DNA of 64,000 nt from Takakia lepidozioides. Its lineage: Eukaryota; Plantae; Bryophyta. Positions 11,997 through 24,765 of the stretch are shown piece by piece. The notes below the pieces were generated by a model. It was not told the origin of the DNA and ran no database searches. It worked only from the letters and a program-made list of their open reading frames with translations. The DNA is taken from the NCBI GenBank assembly GCA_030704615.1, contig CM060733.1, forward strand, positions 42,718,001 through 42,782,000. The letters run 5' to 3'. Each line of letters opens with the position of its first letter. Position 1 is the first letter of the stretch. The position numbers and the translations under genes are program-made.

Positions 11997-14900
11997 TTAC
12001 TGTTTCCGAGTAGCAAACCTTTGTGAGTGAGCTCCTTGTTGACGTTGAGAGTTTGTGGCGGGCTGTGTGTACGAGCCCGAGGTCTGTCTCTGGTTGATGG
12101 AGATGGTTGATCATTACCTGGATAAGTGAGGCCTTCTGGAGGCTGATATCGAGGTAATCTTTCCGGCATAGGAGATCCCCTTTGTTTCTTCTCTTCATCT
12201 GAATTGCATAGTCTTCTCCCATGTCAAAAGAATTTTGTGAAGAAACAGTTGTTGTATCAGAATCCTCATCGCCTCTCAGGTGTTTTAATTTTCGAACTTT
12301 TTGTGGAATCATCTGGGGCATACAATGCTGTCCTACCATGTCTGGAAGTTTGCATTTTACAACCTGGGTGTAACCGCCGTTGAACAGCAAAATTGGTGTA
12401 GACACTGAGCTCCTTGTCTGTCCAGATGAGTGGGGTACCAATTACTGGTGCAGCGTGCAAGTATTTCCATGCGATATGTCCCTTATAGAAAATGTCATCA
12501 AGTCCGAATTTCTGTGTTGACAAATTGTTGCAGGCTGCTTGAAACCATGAACGAATTTGAGAATCCTTCTGTATCATAACTTTTGGGTCATATAGGTACA
12601 TATGAGGTGGCACCGAAGGTAATACCCAATGATTCTCCACTGGAGTAACTTTGAAAGCGTGCTTGCATCTTTTGTTGCTCAATGTGGTAACGTATCAGAA
12701 AACAAGCAGCGTAGTATAGCCCGCACCCCATGACAATACTTGCTATCTCCTTGGTCTTGGTATAAATGAGTCCATGTACAACCTGGAAAGCAACCAATTC
12801 CCTGAACATGGTACCTGCCTCGTGCCAGTATTGTGCAAAGTGATGATCTTCAATATGTCGATTGTTTGGAAGAACTTTAGTCCTGGTTGCCACTGGCAGC
12901 CAAATACGCATGATTTGGTAGTAATGTGCGAATGACTGCGGAGGACTAAATTCTTTCCAAGCCAAATCCAACATGATGGGAATTTGGTTGAAGGGCATAA
13001 TCATAGCCCTACTGTACTCCCTGGCAGCTGGAGTTTTTAGGTGGGTTAAAAGCTGCATTGCCCCATACCTCCGGCTGTGGTGGCTGTGGTGTGGTTGTAG
13101 TAACCACAGGTTCAGCTACTGGTACACTGACCTGTTGTGGTGGTGGTGGTACTGGTTCCTGTACCATTGGCATCTCCTGCACCTCCTGTGAAGACTGAAA
13201 AGCCAGAGTTCTGGCTTGCAAATAAGAAGCCATTAGCTGTTCCTGAGGGATATAGACTCTTTGGTCGATGTTTGAAGTGAGGTCTTCCACTTGAGTCTGG
13301 AGTCCGTCTACATCCTCTTGTAACTCTGCTATCCTACTATAGACATTGTCTATAGTAGTTGTGGCAATGTTCTGCACCTGCAGTCTAAGCTCATTCATCT
13401 CGCTTTGGGTGAGCTTCCGTGGGGCTTTGCCCTCTACTGGCCCTTGTGCTAACCAGACCTGCATAAGGCTGTTATCCACCAAGCTGCTTGTGGTTCCCCT
13501 GAGAGTTTGCTCCTCTCTTAGCTTATACAATTCCAACTGCTGTTGTAAAGCCTCCATGCGCTTCGCCTGTGCTCAACCAATTGCGCATAGGCAGCAAGTA
13601 GATTATTGGCTTCCTTCGAAGCCTTGTTACTGACCGCGATTTCATTTCTATTGGCCACGATGGTTTGTTGCAACTCCACGATGTATTTCTCTTGCTCAGC
13701 TTCCATCTGCCTGTATTGCTTGAAAGTATCTTCATTGCGACAGATTGTATTCTTCATATCGACAATGAGCTTCATGTGCTCCACATTCTCTTCTTCTGCC
13801 TTCGTACATTTTTCCGCTTGACTGTTTATTTCTTTTGTTGATTGGTCAAGCATAGTTGTAAATGTAGCACATTGTATCGCCATCCTGTTATGCACTGTCT
13901 GCAACTCCGTATGTAGTGCATTCAGTTCTTGCAACTTGCTTTCATGCTGCACCTGCATTTGGTATAGCTGTTGCTTATGTGTTTCGTGCAACTGGTCTTG
14001 CGCGAGGCCTGCCTCAATCAATTGTTGCTTGGCCAATTGCAAAGCCATTTCTGTATTGGCCAAGTCCTGCTTCATCTTGAGAGTGACCTCTTCATCGACC
14101 TTGTTTGCACACTCAGTGGCAAGTCGAGCCTCAAACTCCTTCCTGAGTTCTTCTTTCAAGGCTGTCAATTGGGTAATTGGAACATGGGTTTTGACATAAG
14201 TCCCCAACAAATTAAGTGTCCTGCTTATGGAACTCATCAGCATTGCCTGTTGAGGGTCATCATGGTGAGGTTGCTGCTGTTCCTCCTGATCTTCAACAGT
14301 ATGATGTCTCACTAACCATTCAGACCATTGTCCCACCGGATTTTCTTCCTGAACTACTTCATTTATGACCGGTGCTACAGTGTCATGGCCTTCCGCCTGT
14401 GGTACCTCCGACACAGGTGTGTGCATTATATGTACCTCAGGATTTCTCTTGGGCAACTGTTGCACCTCTGGGATTTCTGTCTCCTTGACCAGACCAGAAT
14501 ATTCATAGAGAAGGTCCCCTTTCTCTATTTCTGCCACTATCTGTTCTGTAGTTGGAATATCTATCCCTTCACTTTCCAAATCAATTATTTCGGGTTGAGC
14601 TGCATGGATAACTTGTGACCTTGTGACAAGTCGTTCAAGTGGCCTGTGTTGGTTGTGATGCAGAAGTAACTTCTTCCTCCCTCTCTGAAGGTCCTGCTTC
14701 CAGTAATAACATTCTTTTGTGCTGCTGTGCCCCTTCCTGGTCATGAGCTTGGGAAACATTATCATGCGGAATCCGTGAAGCCAGTGGATCTGCCACTACA
14801 GTCTTTCCCATTCTCTGCCTCTTAGTCTCGGGTTGTGCTGCTAGTCCACCCTCACTGTGTGAAGAGCCTTGTCTTCCATTGCAGTTGTTTCTGGCTCAAA

Positions 14901-17678
14901 CACTCCCATTTCCTTCCTTTCTTGTGCATTAAGTATGCGAGAATCAAGGATTATTTGAGCAATGATTGGGCCAGACACTATGATAGGAGATTTTGCGGTA
15001 GTACCTTGTAATCTTTTCATCTCCTCTACCAGTGCGTTGTACATTACGTCCGCCCATTGTACCTCTTGTCCTTCAAGCCTTTGAGGATTTCCTCTGTGAA
15101 GGATCTGCTCAAATATTGTTGGTTCTGTTTCAGGGCAATCAGAACGTTCAATACTTGGCCTATGTCTTTTAACCCTGGGTACACAGCTTTGGTACAAGCA
15201 TAACCCTGAGTTTTAAAGAAACTCCCTTCTTGGAATAAGTCCCCTATTTGCAGTCTTGCCCTGTGTTCCTCCACATGCACCTGACCTGCTGGCAATCGAA
15301 ACAATTGCTGGAGGTATAGGGGAGTAATCATTAATTCAACTCCCTTCACCGTTGTTGTTCCTGTCTTTGGCTCAAAGTTCTGTAAAATTGTAACATGTAC
15401 TGTCTATGGTGTAGTGTCCAATCCATGCTTTGCAATCCTTCCAATCTCAGCTCCTTCAGTATCTTTATCGCCTGTGGGGTAGCCATCGTTTGTTTCTGCA
15501 GAATTGTGGTGCTGTAGTGTGAAAAGAAGGGGGCATATATCCCCTTCTGTCTAATCCTAATCTAGTTCTTAGTGCAAGGTCTTGTTGTTATCACCGTTCT
15601 CCCACACAGCGTTGGCTACATCCATGTTGTTTATGATCAAGTATCATGAAAGCCCATTCATCCACCCGCAGCGGAAGAGAAGACATGGATGGGACAAGTG
15701 AAGGTGTTTCCTGCATAGTGCCCGGCCTGACTAGGGCTTCTGTCTTGCACCAGCTTAGTTTTCATGCTGAATAGTCACTCAAACAGCTTACCAGTGGTTA
15801 ATGACAGCCTATGAGTTCACCATTTGCATGTAGCATCTACATTGAACCCCCTTTGTTTCATGCAATCACACGAAAGTGCAAGGAAACATGTATCTACACA
15901 TACAATGCAGGTCTGATATTTCTACCAACTCATGGTCTTTCCTTTATCTCTCAACTGACCCTCCTCCATCATTCTTTTGCTGAGCGGATCTCTCTTCTTC
16001 CAATGTTTTATCTCCCTTTTCTGATGCAAGTGCCCATATTGGACCAGACAGCCCTCTATCACCATTCCCAATTGACATGCATCATCTCTTATCCTCTCTA
16101 CACCATTCTGGTTTGAAGACCAGACCACCACTCCATTTCATTTTCAAAAACCCTTTTTCCTCTATCACATGTCTCTATCCTTTTCCCTTCTATCAAGAGC
16201 AAGTCCTAAATCTGCCCAAAACGATTTCTAGTCACACCCAAAGGAAGCATCCTATGTTTGAGAGCTGACTTCCCAACTTCTTGCAGCACTCCACACAACT
16301 TCCACCCTACCTCACTTCTCTCTACCTCCAGGACTGGTATGAATTCCAGAAGTCACCATTCCATTTGCCAAAATCTTTTTCTATCTCCCTCATCTCTATT
16401 GAGAGTCTCTCTAGCAAAATTCCATAGCAACTATCCCTAAGTCAGAGAGGGGCCTTGCATCTATGAACTTAGCTCTCTTATACTCTCAGCTGAAGCGGTG
16501 GATCGCCTGCCTGAAATGGCACCTCACCATCTCTGTCAGCAGCTCCCCTAACTCCTTTTGTCGTTTGAATGCCACGTTGTAAAAACAAAGATCTATGCAT
16601 GTCAGATCCTGTCATTGCTATGCCACTCCACCTTCAGATATTTTGTCGATTCAAGCGTTCCGTGAGCCCTTGACAGCTCTGTTTCAACCTATGGCAGTAA
16701 CCTTGTTGCTTGCCAACTAACTACCCTATCCTACCATCTCTGCTAATCTACCTAAGATCTGATGTGATAACAGAGAAGACAGTCATTATCTGAAAGCTTC
16801 ATGCTCTACATATTCACTCTTGCTTCTTTATTTACAGATAACCTGTATCACTGTCCACAAGCCAATGCCCTCATTCTGGCGATTGCACATATCACAAGTG
16901 GTCAAGTCATAATCCCATCTCTGCCCTTGATCTGGCAGCAATTGCTTCTCCACAAGTGCAGCTTTCTATAATTGCACATGAATGCAATGGCGGCGGTATC
17001 AGTTTGCACACCCTACCTCTGGCAGATGCCCGTCATGATGGAGCTGCCTCCATCATCTTTAACTAGCCTTTGATCAAGTCTGCAACCCCACCTTCCTATT
17101 CCCTGGCAGCAGGTTGTTTCCCTTGCAGTTCATCCTCCTTGTCATCGGTGTTATGAGAGTAACGACGGCACTGCTGCCCCTCCCCGAGCTGCTTTCCCGC
17201 AACTCCTACACCTTCAGCGGTCAAATCACAGGAAGCACCGCCTCTATGCCTTCATTACTTCTGTCAGTAGTACATGATATTACTTCCCTTGCCCTTGATG
17301 AATCGTCCTGCACCGCCTCCCTTCTCCTGGCTTGAGCAAAATTACCTAGCTTTTCCCTGCACGATTACCCTCCAGCAAGCCCTAAGCTTCCTCGACCCGC
17401 GTTTCTACGGTAATCACCAGCGATGAAAGCCATTCATCCTATGGATGAAAAGGCGTATTTCCTGACTTAGCCACATTTTGTCCTGGCAGAGCAATAGCAT
17501 AGTGTGCCCATGGAATTACCTGTAGGCATGGATAGTTCCCTCCCGTTATTAGTACCCGGGCACTCCCTTTGTAGTAATGCCGGATCCTGATGCCAAGCAA
17601 AATTTCCATGTTACTCCCCTGCATTCACACTACAGTGCTCTTCACCCTGATTTCCTCCATTCCTCTCACTCTCTTCAT
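11997..17678 (-). pseudogene. Extra 3' ORF of A2, frameshifted and interrupted by a 2.1-kb insertion
   Basis: ORF pieces 11974-12441, 12266-12682, 12588-13058, 13009-13557, 13518-14765, 14841-15349 and 17625-18095 match the A1 ORF. Confidence 0.85.
15513..17634. mobile_element. 2,122-bp insertion with TGT..ACA ends, 11-bp terminal inverted repeat and 4-bp TSD (solo LTR of an unrelated family or a non-autonomous TIR element)
   Basis: TGTAGTGTGAA...TTCACACTACA, flanked by GTGC at 15509-15512 and 17635-17638. The empty site is visible in A1 at ~1410-1430. Confidence 0.9.
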
Positions 17679-18384
17679 CTTAGACTCACAGAACTGCTTT
17701 GGCTGTAACAATTGCAGGAATGCCTGTAGTGCACAAAGCATAAACGTATGGTTGCCGCAGAAAGCTATGGGTAATCTCTTGTAAGCCTGCGGGGCTTGCA
17801 AGCATTGCTCAAGAGAAAAGCTCTGCTCTGTCGTTTCGTGTCTATGCCACTGCGTAAGTAATATTGCGAGCGTATAGTCTGTTAGTTCCTCCATAGTTTC
17901 CAAGTTATAGCATTTATGGCCTGTCCTGTCGAGACGCCCGTTACTCAGAACGACGCCGCCTCTTGCGCTCAATTTCCCTCCATTTTCTTGATCATTTTTC
18001 TGGTTTTCTATTGGCTGTATCTGCTGTGACTGGATTTTAACTTTTATCTTCTTTAGTGGACTTTCCCTGTTGGATAGTCCACTAGGATCACACATGCGAC
18101 ATGAATTCGGCTTTTGTGTACTTGCCGTTCGTTCCGTTTCCTTTTTCCGTATTCATTAATGGGCCCGCCTTTCATCCCTTTTGACGGCCGTTCTTGTCCT
18201 CTTTCTTTTTGACACCTGTCCTTGCACTTCATTCTCTGCTGTGTGTCGCACCCTGACCTCCACGTGTCTATTTTTAAATTAATTTCCGCTTCTTCTTCCT
18301 TCAGCCATTTTCCTGAAGTTTTATGTGTCCACTTGTCACTGATTTTATGGATCGTGTAACTTTAGTAGGCTGTGTTGAGTTGTG

Positions 18385-18610
18385 ACAGGCTGTGTCATAC
18401 TGTGTTACGCTATGATAGGTTGTGTTGCACTGTGGTAAGCTGTGATAGGCTCTGACACGCTGCGGTAGGTTGTGATAGGCTGCGTCACTCCGTGCTGGGC
18501 TGTGATAGGCTGTGTCACGCCGTGATGGGCTGTGATAGGCTGTGTTGCGCCGTGCTGGGCTGTGATAGGCTGTGTCACGCCGTGATGGGCTGTGATAGGC
18601 TGTGTCACGT
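18385..18610 (-). repeat. ~30-bp tandem repeat after integrase of A2
   Basis: GGGCTGTGATAGGCTGTGT units. Confidence 0.9.
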
Positions 18611-18699
18611 TTGTTTTGCCCACCCCGGTCATATATACTGGGCCTAGCGACGAGTGTTCCATACTCCGTTCGTAACACTGGTGCAGCCCGTGACTGCTC

Positions 18700-20155
18700 T
18701 TGCGGTTCAACATGCAAATCATGCTGCAGAGGTTTGTCATGGATACCACTGTACCCCTTCAACTTATTTGCATTGACTCTTCCCAGCATTTCTTTGTTAA
18801 TGGTTTGTAACATGGCTGTGTTGTTATCATACATCTTTTGTATGACATAAGGTCCTTTCCATGGTGATTTAAGCTTAGAAGCTTGAATCTTTCCTTTCTT
18901 TTGCAACCATAGAACCAAATCCCCCGTCTTAAAAGCTTTAACTTGCCTTCATCAAACTGTTCCTTTCTCTTCATCTGAATTCTGGTCATATTATCAGCTG
19001 CATCAGCACGTATTCTTCCACATGGTATAATTCATGTTTCCTGACCTTGATGGAGTCTTGCAATTCCATTCTTTTTCCCCACTCCGTTCTCATGGTAGGT
19101 AACAGGAATTCCACTGGAAGTAAGGCTTCCATACCATAAACTAATTGGAATGGTGTATACTTTGTGGTGACTTTATACGAAGTCCTGTATGACCATAAAG
19201 CTGTCAGCAGCTTTGTATCCCAATCCGTTCTGTTTGCATTGACTATCTTAGCCAAGATAGTACATAGTATTTTGTTGGTAGCCTCTGCCTGTCCATTACC
19301 CTGTGGGTAATATGTTGTACTCTTTCTATGCACAATCATAAACTCTTTAGTCAATAACTCAATGGTCTCATTCATGAAGTGACTTCCTTGATCACTGATA
19401 AATTCTAAGGGACATCCAAATCGTGTAAGTATGTTCTCGTACAGGAACCTTGTTGTGGACTTGGCTGTGTTGTCCCTCAAAGCTTTAGCTTCCACCCACT
19501 TTGTAGTATAATCAGTGGCTGTAATTATGTACCTGTTTTGTGTATTCTTGGATGGTGGATTAATTGGTCCAACAAAGTCTAGTCCCCATTTCTGAAATGG
19601 TTCCGTAGGCATTGTAGGATGCAAGGCCATTCTTCCAGATCTCTGCAAAGGTCCTAGCCTCTGACATTCATCACACTTCTGACAATACTCATGTACATCT
19701 TTGAACAAAGTAGGCCACCAGTATCCTGCGAGTAGTATCTTTCTACTGGTAGTCTCTTCTCCAAAATGACCTCCAGCCACTCCTTTATGAACTTCCTCCA
19801 AGACTTTATTTACTTCATGGTGGTACAAGCATCGTTTTAGTACCCCATCTGGTCCTAACTTATACATTCTGCTTCCTACCATAGTATAAGGTAAAGCTTT
19901 GATAGCGATTCTCTTCCTCTGCTCCTTACCATAACTAGGTGGACACTGACCATGAGCAAGGTAGTATCTGATTGGCCACTGCCAATCTAACCATTCATCT
20001 GCACTTCCTTGCACCTCCATTACAAATAAACTCGCATCAGGTAACTGATCGTCCACTCCTGTGGCGGCCTCTCCTGTTGTTAGTCGTGACAAATGATCTG
20101 CCACAAGATGCAAACGGCCAGGCTTGTAAATAACCTCGAACTCAAACTCATGCAA
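18700..20155 (-). pseudogene. Integrase of A2 (HHCC zinc finger, DDE core; frameshifted C-terminus)
   Basis: H..GGHF..CDEC; WGLDFVGP; ISDQGSHF; YPQGNGQAEATN. Confidence 0.95.
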
Positions 20156-20160
20156 GATTA

Positions 20161-21993
20161 TTAACCACCTGCTATCCTTCCACTTATCAAAGGTTTGTTC
20201 ACCAGATATATCAGAGCCTGGTGATCCACATAAAACATAAACTTTCTTCCCAATAGGTAATGCCTGAATTTCTTCACTGCATAGATCATTGCCAATGCTT
20301 CTCTTTCCGTTGTGCTATAGTTCCTCTCAGCAGTGTTCATCAACCGGCTAGCATAGTACACAGGTGAATCTATATTCCCTGTAACATTCTGGGCTAACAC
20401 CGCTCCCAACGCTTCTCCTGATGCATCGCAGTGAACATGAAATACTACATGCCAGTGAGGGTTAATCAGCACAGGTGTAGTTGTTACTGACAGTGTAAGT
20501 TCCTCAAACGCCTGTTGACATTCAGCTGTCCATGCAAACACTGCATCTTTCTTCAGAAGCTTGCTCAATGGTGCTGCTATTTGTGCATACCTTTTGACAA
20601 ATCTTCTGTAATAACTGGTTTGCCCAAGGAATCTCCTTAAACTCTTAACATTCACTGGTGGTGGAGAGGCTTTAATGGACTCTGTCTTCCTGGGATCCAC
20701 AAGGAGTCCCTTCTTACACACAATGTGTCCCAGAAGCACCCCTGAGTTCACACAGAAAGTACACTTCTCTGGGTTCAAGCCCAGACCTCTCATCCTGCAT
20801 CTGGCCAGGCATAACTCCAATTTATGCAAGTGCTCATTCTTAGAGCTGTACACACTGAAATCATCCAAAAACACCTGCATGAAATCATCCAGATACTCTT
20901 GAAAAGATTCACTTATCACTCTCTGAAAGGTCGCTGGTGCATTACAAAGTCCAAAGGGCATGACTTTGTATGCATAAGCCCCCCAGTCTGTGATGAAAGC
21001 TGTTTTCCCTTGGTCTTCTTCTGCCACTTGCACTTGATTATAACCACTGAAGCCATCCATGAATGAGTACATCTCATGGCCTGCCACAGTGTCTAATACT
21101 GCTTCTGTGAATGGCAAAGGGAAAGGATCTTTCTTCGTACAAGCATTCAGCTTCTTATAGTTCACACATACTCTTAGTTTGCCATTCTTCTTGGGAACTA
21201 TAACAATGGGTGACAACCAAGTTGTATACTCTATTGGGTATATAAACTTAGCCTCAGCCAACTTCTTTATCTCTTCTCCAACCTTCTGTGCGTAGTTGGG
21301 ATTCATTCTATACCTCGCCTGCTTGATTGGTACTGATCCTGGTTCCAGTTCAATTTTATGCTGACAGACTTCAGGTGGTATCCCTTTTAGATCCTCATAG
21401 CTCCAAGCAAATACATCTCTGTATTTGATGAACAAGCTTTTAGCTTCTTCGAAGAATTCCGGCTCCAAATCAGCTCCTACTTTCACCATCCTCGGTTCCT
21501 CCTGAGTTCCCACATTTACTTCTCTCACCTGCTCATCAGCTGTGATTGTCCAACCAGTCACCACTTCATCCTGTAAGCTCACAGTGGCTGGTTCTTCTAG
21601 GATTTCTATTTCTCCTTCTCTTTCTTCATAGAAATGTGATGGGTAAATGCTGGTTTCTTCTTCAGTTGGTGTTGTTGTCACTACACCACAGCAGATACCT
21701 CTCAAACAACTTAGGCTTTCCAGCCGCATCTCTGCAACCTGCTCCCACTCTGGGTGTGCAGCAAATAGGGTAGCTTCCTGCTCCTCATCCAGTCCTCCTC
21801 TCCAATCATACTCTCTGACTCCTCGAGGTCTTCTTGTAGCAGGTAATCTACTAGATTTCTTTGTGGTAATTTGTATCTCGTGTATCCCATTATGCACGGT
21901 TAATAACTGAGAATTCCAGTCATGGAATACCCTGGCCTGTTTCAGCCACGGACGTCCCAATAATAAGGAGTAAGCCTCCATGACTTCATCCAT
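20161..21993 (-). CDS. Reverse transcriptase and RNase H of A2 (segment of a disrupted pol)
   Basis: LRVCVNY, DGFSGYNQ, MPFGLCNAPATFQR, VFLDDF, HCDAS, NYSTTEREALA, VDHQAL. Separated from its neighbours by a TAA and a frameshift. Confidence 0.95.
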   Translation of the reverse strand: MDEVMEAYSLLLGRPWLKQARVFHDWNSQLLTVHNGIHEIQITTKKSSRLPATRRPRGVREYDWRGGLDEEQEATLFAAHPEWEQVAEMRLESLSCLRGICCGVVTTTPTEEETSIYPSHFYEEREGEIEILEEPATVSLQDEVVTGWTITADEQVREVNVGTQEEPRMVKVGADLEPEFFEEAKSLFIKYRDVFAWSYEDLKGIPPEVCQHKIELEPGSVPIKQARYRMNPNYAQKVGEEIKKLAEAKFIYPIEYTTWLSPIVIVPKKNGKLRVCVNYKKLNACTKKDPFPLPFTEAVLDTVAGHEMYSFMDGFSGYNQVQVAEEDQGKTAFITDWGAYAYKVMPFGLCNAPATFQRVISESFQEYLDDFMQVFLDDFSVYSSKNEHLHKLELCLARCRMRGLGLNPEKCTFCVNSGVLLGHIVCKKGLLVDPRKTESIKASPPPVNVKSLRRFLGQTSYYRRFVKRYAQIAAPLSKLLKKDAVFAWTAECQQAFEELTLSVTTTPVLINPHWHVVFHVHCDASGEALGAVLAQNVTGNIDSPVYYASRLMNTAERNYSTTEREALAMIYAVKKFRHYLLGRKFMFYVDHQALIYLVNKPLISGRIAGG

Positions 21994-21995
21994 TT

Positions 21996-23072
21996 TTATA
22001 CAGTTACGGTGATCATAAAGATCATTTTCTGTATCTGTATCTTAACTCCTCTTATTAATCCCAATGGCTGCACACTTCTTTGATCTGCCATTGTTACTGT
22101 AAATGGGGCTGGTTTCATGTTACTTAGACCAAGCTTCTTCCTTAATTGGTCTGTCATGATATTTACTCCAGAACCACCATCTATCAGTACATCAGTTAGT
22201 TCTGTGCTTCCAATTCTCAATTGGATTACTGGCATAGAATCATCAAAGTCCATGACTGGTTCTCGCCCTTCCTGCTTCACATTATAACTGGTCACCTTGC
22301 TGTTCAGGTCTGTGTTTCCTGTCTCTTGGGCAATTCGGTTGATTGCTTGATACAGCCTGTGCCTACAATAAGGTGCCACAGCTAATAGCTGTCCAATGGT
22401 AATTTCTGCTTTGGTCTGACATATTACTTCAGCCAAAGTCTCTTCATTACTTTGCATGTCTGCATCTTCTTTTTTCCTTTCTTCCTCACTCCCATCTTTT
22501 TCTCCATCCGAATCAGAGGAATCTGCCACAGGAATATCCGTATTTTTTTGCATTTCCCTTATAGTATCTGCCACTTCCTTGTGCAGTTCCTTCTCATCTT
22601 TCCAAGTCTCTTCATCTTCAGGCATATCATTGCCACTTCCAGTCTCATCTTCTTCCTCTTCTACTGGAGGTATTAGTTTGGCTTTACTTCTTGTTACTAT
22701 CATTGTACTTACTTCTGGTACAACACATGGCCTAACCATGTGAGCTGCCACCACTGGGCCCTCATTCACAGGAGCTCTCATCTCATTCTGGTGTCTTATC
22801 CAGAATGAACAGGCTGCCTTGCGATGTCCTGGCTGATTACAATAGTAACATAACTCTTCACCATTGGGTCCTCGCCCTTGGTCTGTTCTTGGATTATTTC
22901 TATAATCCTGATTCCCGGGCTGGTAATTCCCCCTTGGATTACCCTGATAGTTGCCTCTGGAATTTCCTTGGTAATTCCCTCTTGAATTACCTCTCCCTTC
23001 CATGCCATTGTTATAACCACCAGACCTACCATAGTGGTCCTGATCATTGTTTCTTCTTGGCTGGGGCTGCAC
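21996..23072 (-). CDS. Gag C-terminus (RGNYQGN repeats, third CCHC knuckle) and aspartic protease of A2
   Basis: CYYCNQPGHRKAAC; VLIDGGSGVNIM protease motif. Confidence 0.9.
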   Translation of the reverse strand: MQPQPRRNNDQDHYGRSGGYNNGMEGRGNSRGNYQGNSRGNYQGNPRGNYQPGNQDYRNNPRTDQGRGPNGEELCYYCNQPGHRKAACSFWIRHQNEMRAPVNEGPVVAAHMVRPCVVPEVSTMIVTRSKAKLIPPVEEEEDETGSGNDMPEDEETWKDEKELHKEVADTIREMQKNTDIPVADSSDSDGEKDGSEEERKKEDADMQSNEETLAEVICQTKAEITIGQLLAVAPYCRHRLYQAINRIAQETGNTDLNSKVTSYNVKQEGREPVMDFDDSMPVIQLRIGSTELTDVLIDGGSGVNIMTDQLRKKLGLSNMKPAPFTVTMADQRSVQPLGLIRGVKIQIQKMIFMITVTV

Positions 23073-24744
23073 CTAATGCACCCTCACTTGCCTAGGTTCT
23101 CTTGCAGCTGTCCTTCTGTTGTAGTAACAATTCTCAGTAGAATGGTTATCCATTTTACAGATAGTACAGTGTTTCTCCTTCATGTGGCATTCTGTAGTGG
23201 TATGGCCTTCATTCTGGCACTTTGCACACCATACACCCTTCCTCCAATGTGTTGCAGCCTCTGTGGCATACTTCTTCAAGATTTCTTCCAATCTTTTCTC
23301 ATAGTTATCCCTCTTCAACTTTTCCTTTCTCTTACTCTTTCTTTTTAGTTCTTGCTCTTCTTCTTCATCTGACTCATCTTCAGAGTCCTCATCTTCCTTT
23401 TTCTCTCTCCTGAGCATTCCCAATTGCTCAATTCTGTTTGCAGTTTCAAATGCCTCCTCCACTGTATTATGGGGTAACATATCCACTTTCTTTGCAACTC
23501 TGGTCTTAGTCCACTCACAAACCAAGTCTTCTGTAAACCGGGTGCTGGTACTGCAGCCAGCTTTTTCATCATCAATTCCATCTTCTCCATATACTCTTCA
23601 ACAGTTTCATGCTTCTTCTGCTTCAGCTGTTGTAAACTTCCATACACTTCATCCTCAGTTTTACTTGTCCTGAACCTATTTCGAAATGCTGTATTCAAGC
23701 CATTCCAGGTTAGGAAATGATTATCAGGGAATCTTGCATACCATTCACTTGCTTTCTTGATAAGTGAACAAGGAAACAGTCTCATCTTGGCATCATCGCC
23801 ATTCTCATTGTTCACTATACACATGTGCTCAAATTGGCTAATGTGTACATCGGGATCCCCTTTTCCTGAATATATTGGAAAGGGTGGTTTTGCCCGTGTT
23901 GGTTGTAACGCCATCTGTGGCCCTACCTTCTGCCCACTGACAGGTGCTGGCACCCTTGCTGGTGCTGGTCCTTCTGGACCTGTTGTTTTTGTGGTGGATC
24001 TTCCACCAAGTGGTGGCCCTTGAGCACTCCCTGCTTCTGGCCCCACGATATTCACAGTATTCCCAGCTTCAGTTGCACTACTTCCCACACTCCCTGTCCC
24101 CCCAGAGCCAGATCCAGGCAGCCCGCCTGATCCCCCTGAGCCGACACCTTCGTTGGCCTGTGATCCAAGTGCTCCACTTGATCCAGGTCCAACGGGTTGG
24201 GATGTCCTGGTTGTAGTCTCAACCTCAGCTGTTGGGTCTACTTCTTCATATTCTTCCTCTTCCAATTTCTTCTCTCTGTTTTCATCCTCCAAGTTCTGCC
24301 CTTGGGTTTCTTCTTCACTCATGTAACTCAACTGTAATGGTGTTGGAGAGTCTGAACTCTCCGTTGGCTCTGCCACATCCTCTTCTCCTTCTTCATCTTC
24401 TGCTTCAGAAACTGGAGTTCCTGCTTTTGGTGTTCCATGCCAACTCTTATCAAAGATTTCTGTCAATCTTTTATCCAAGGATGTACCTCAGATCTTTCAC
24501 CTCGTGATTGATCTTCTTCCTGTACCAATTCCCTTAATCTTTCTTGCAAAGAAACAGAAGGAGTGGCATCCAACTCTAGTTCTTCCGGTATAGGTGATGC
24601 ACTCTTTGATCTTAATGGTGTGAGAGGTCCAGATGATTCCCCTATGTCTATTCCTCTCTCCCAAAGATATGGATAATTAGCTTTCAGATAGCTTTCTCTT
24701 TTTGCTGAATATCTCTGTCGTCTAGCTTCTCTTTCATCACTCAT
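23073..24744 (-). pseudogene. Gag of A2 (retrotransposon capsid plus two CCHC knuckles), two frameshifts
   Basis: YSGKGDPDVHISQF..KMRLFPCSL..ASEWY..TWNGLNTAF; CAKCQNEGHTTTEC; CTICKMDNHSTENC. Confidence 0.9.
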
Positions 24745-24765
24745 GTCCCATGTCTTTCATTTCTT

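Noticed and set aside
23073-23075. In-frame TAG in gag (and TAA at 21996-21998) as programmed readthrough
   Set aside because: More simply CAG>TAG and TTA>TAA point changes in a copy that also has several frameshifts; neither lies at a gag/pol boundary.
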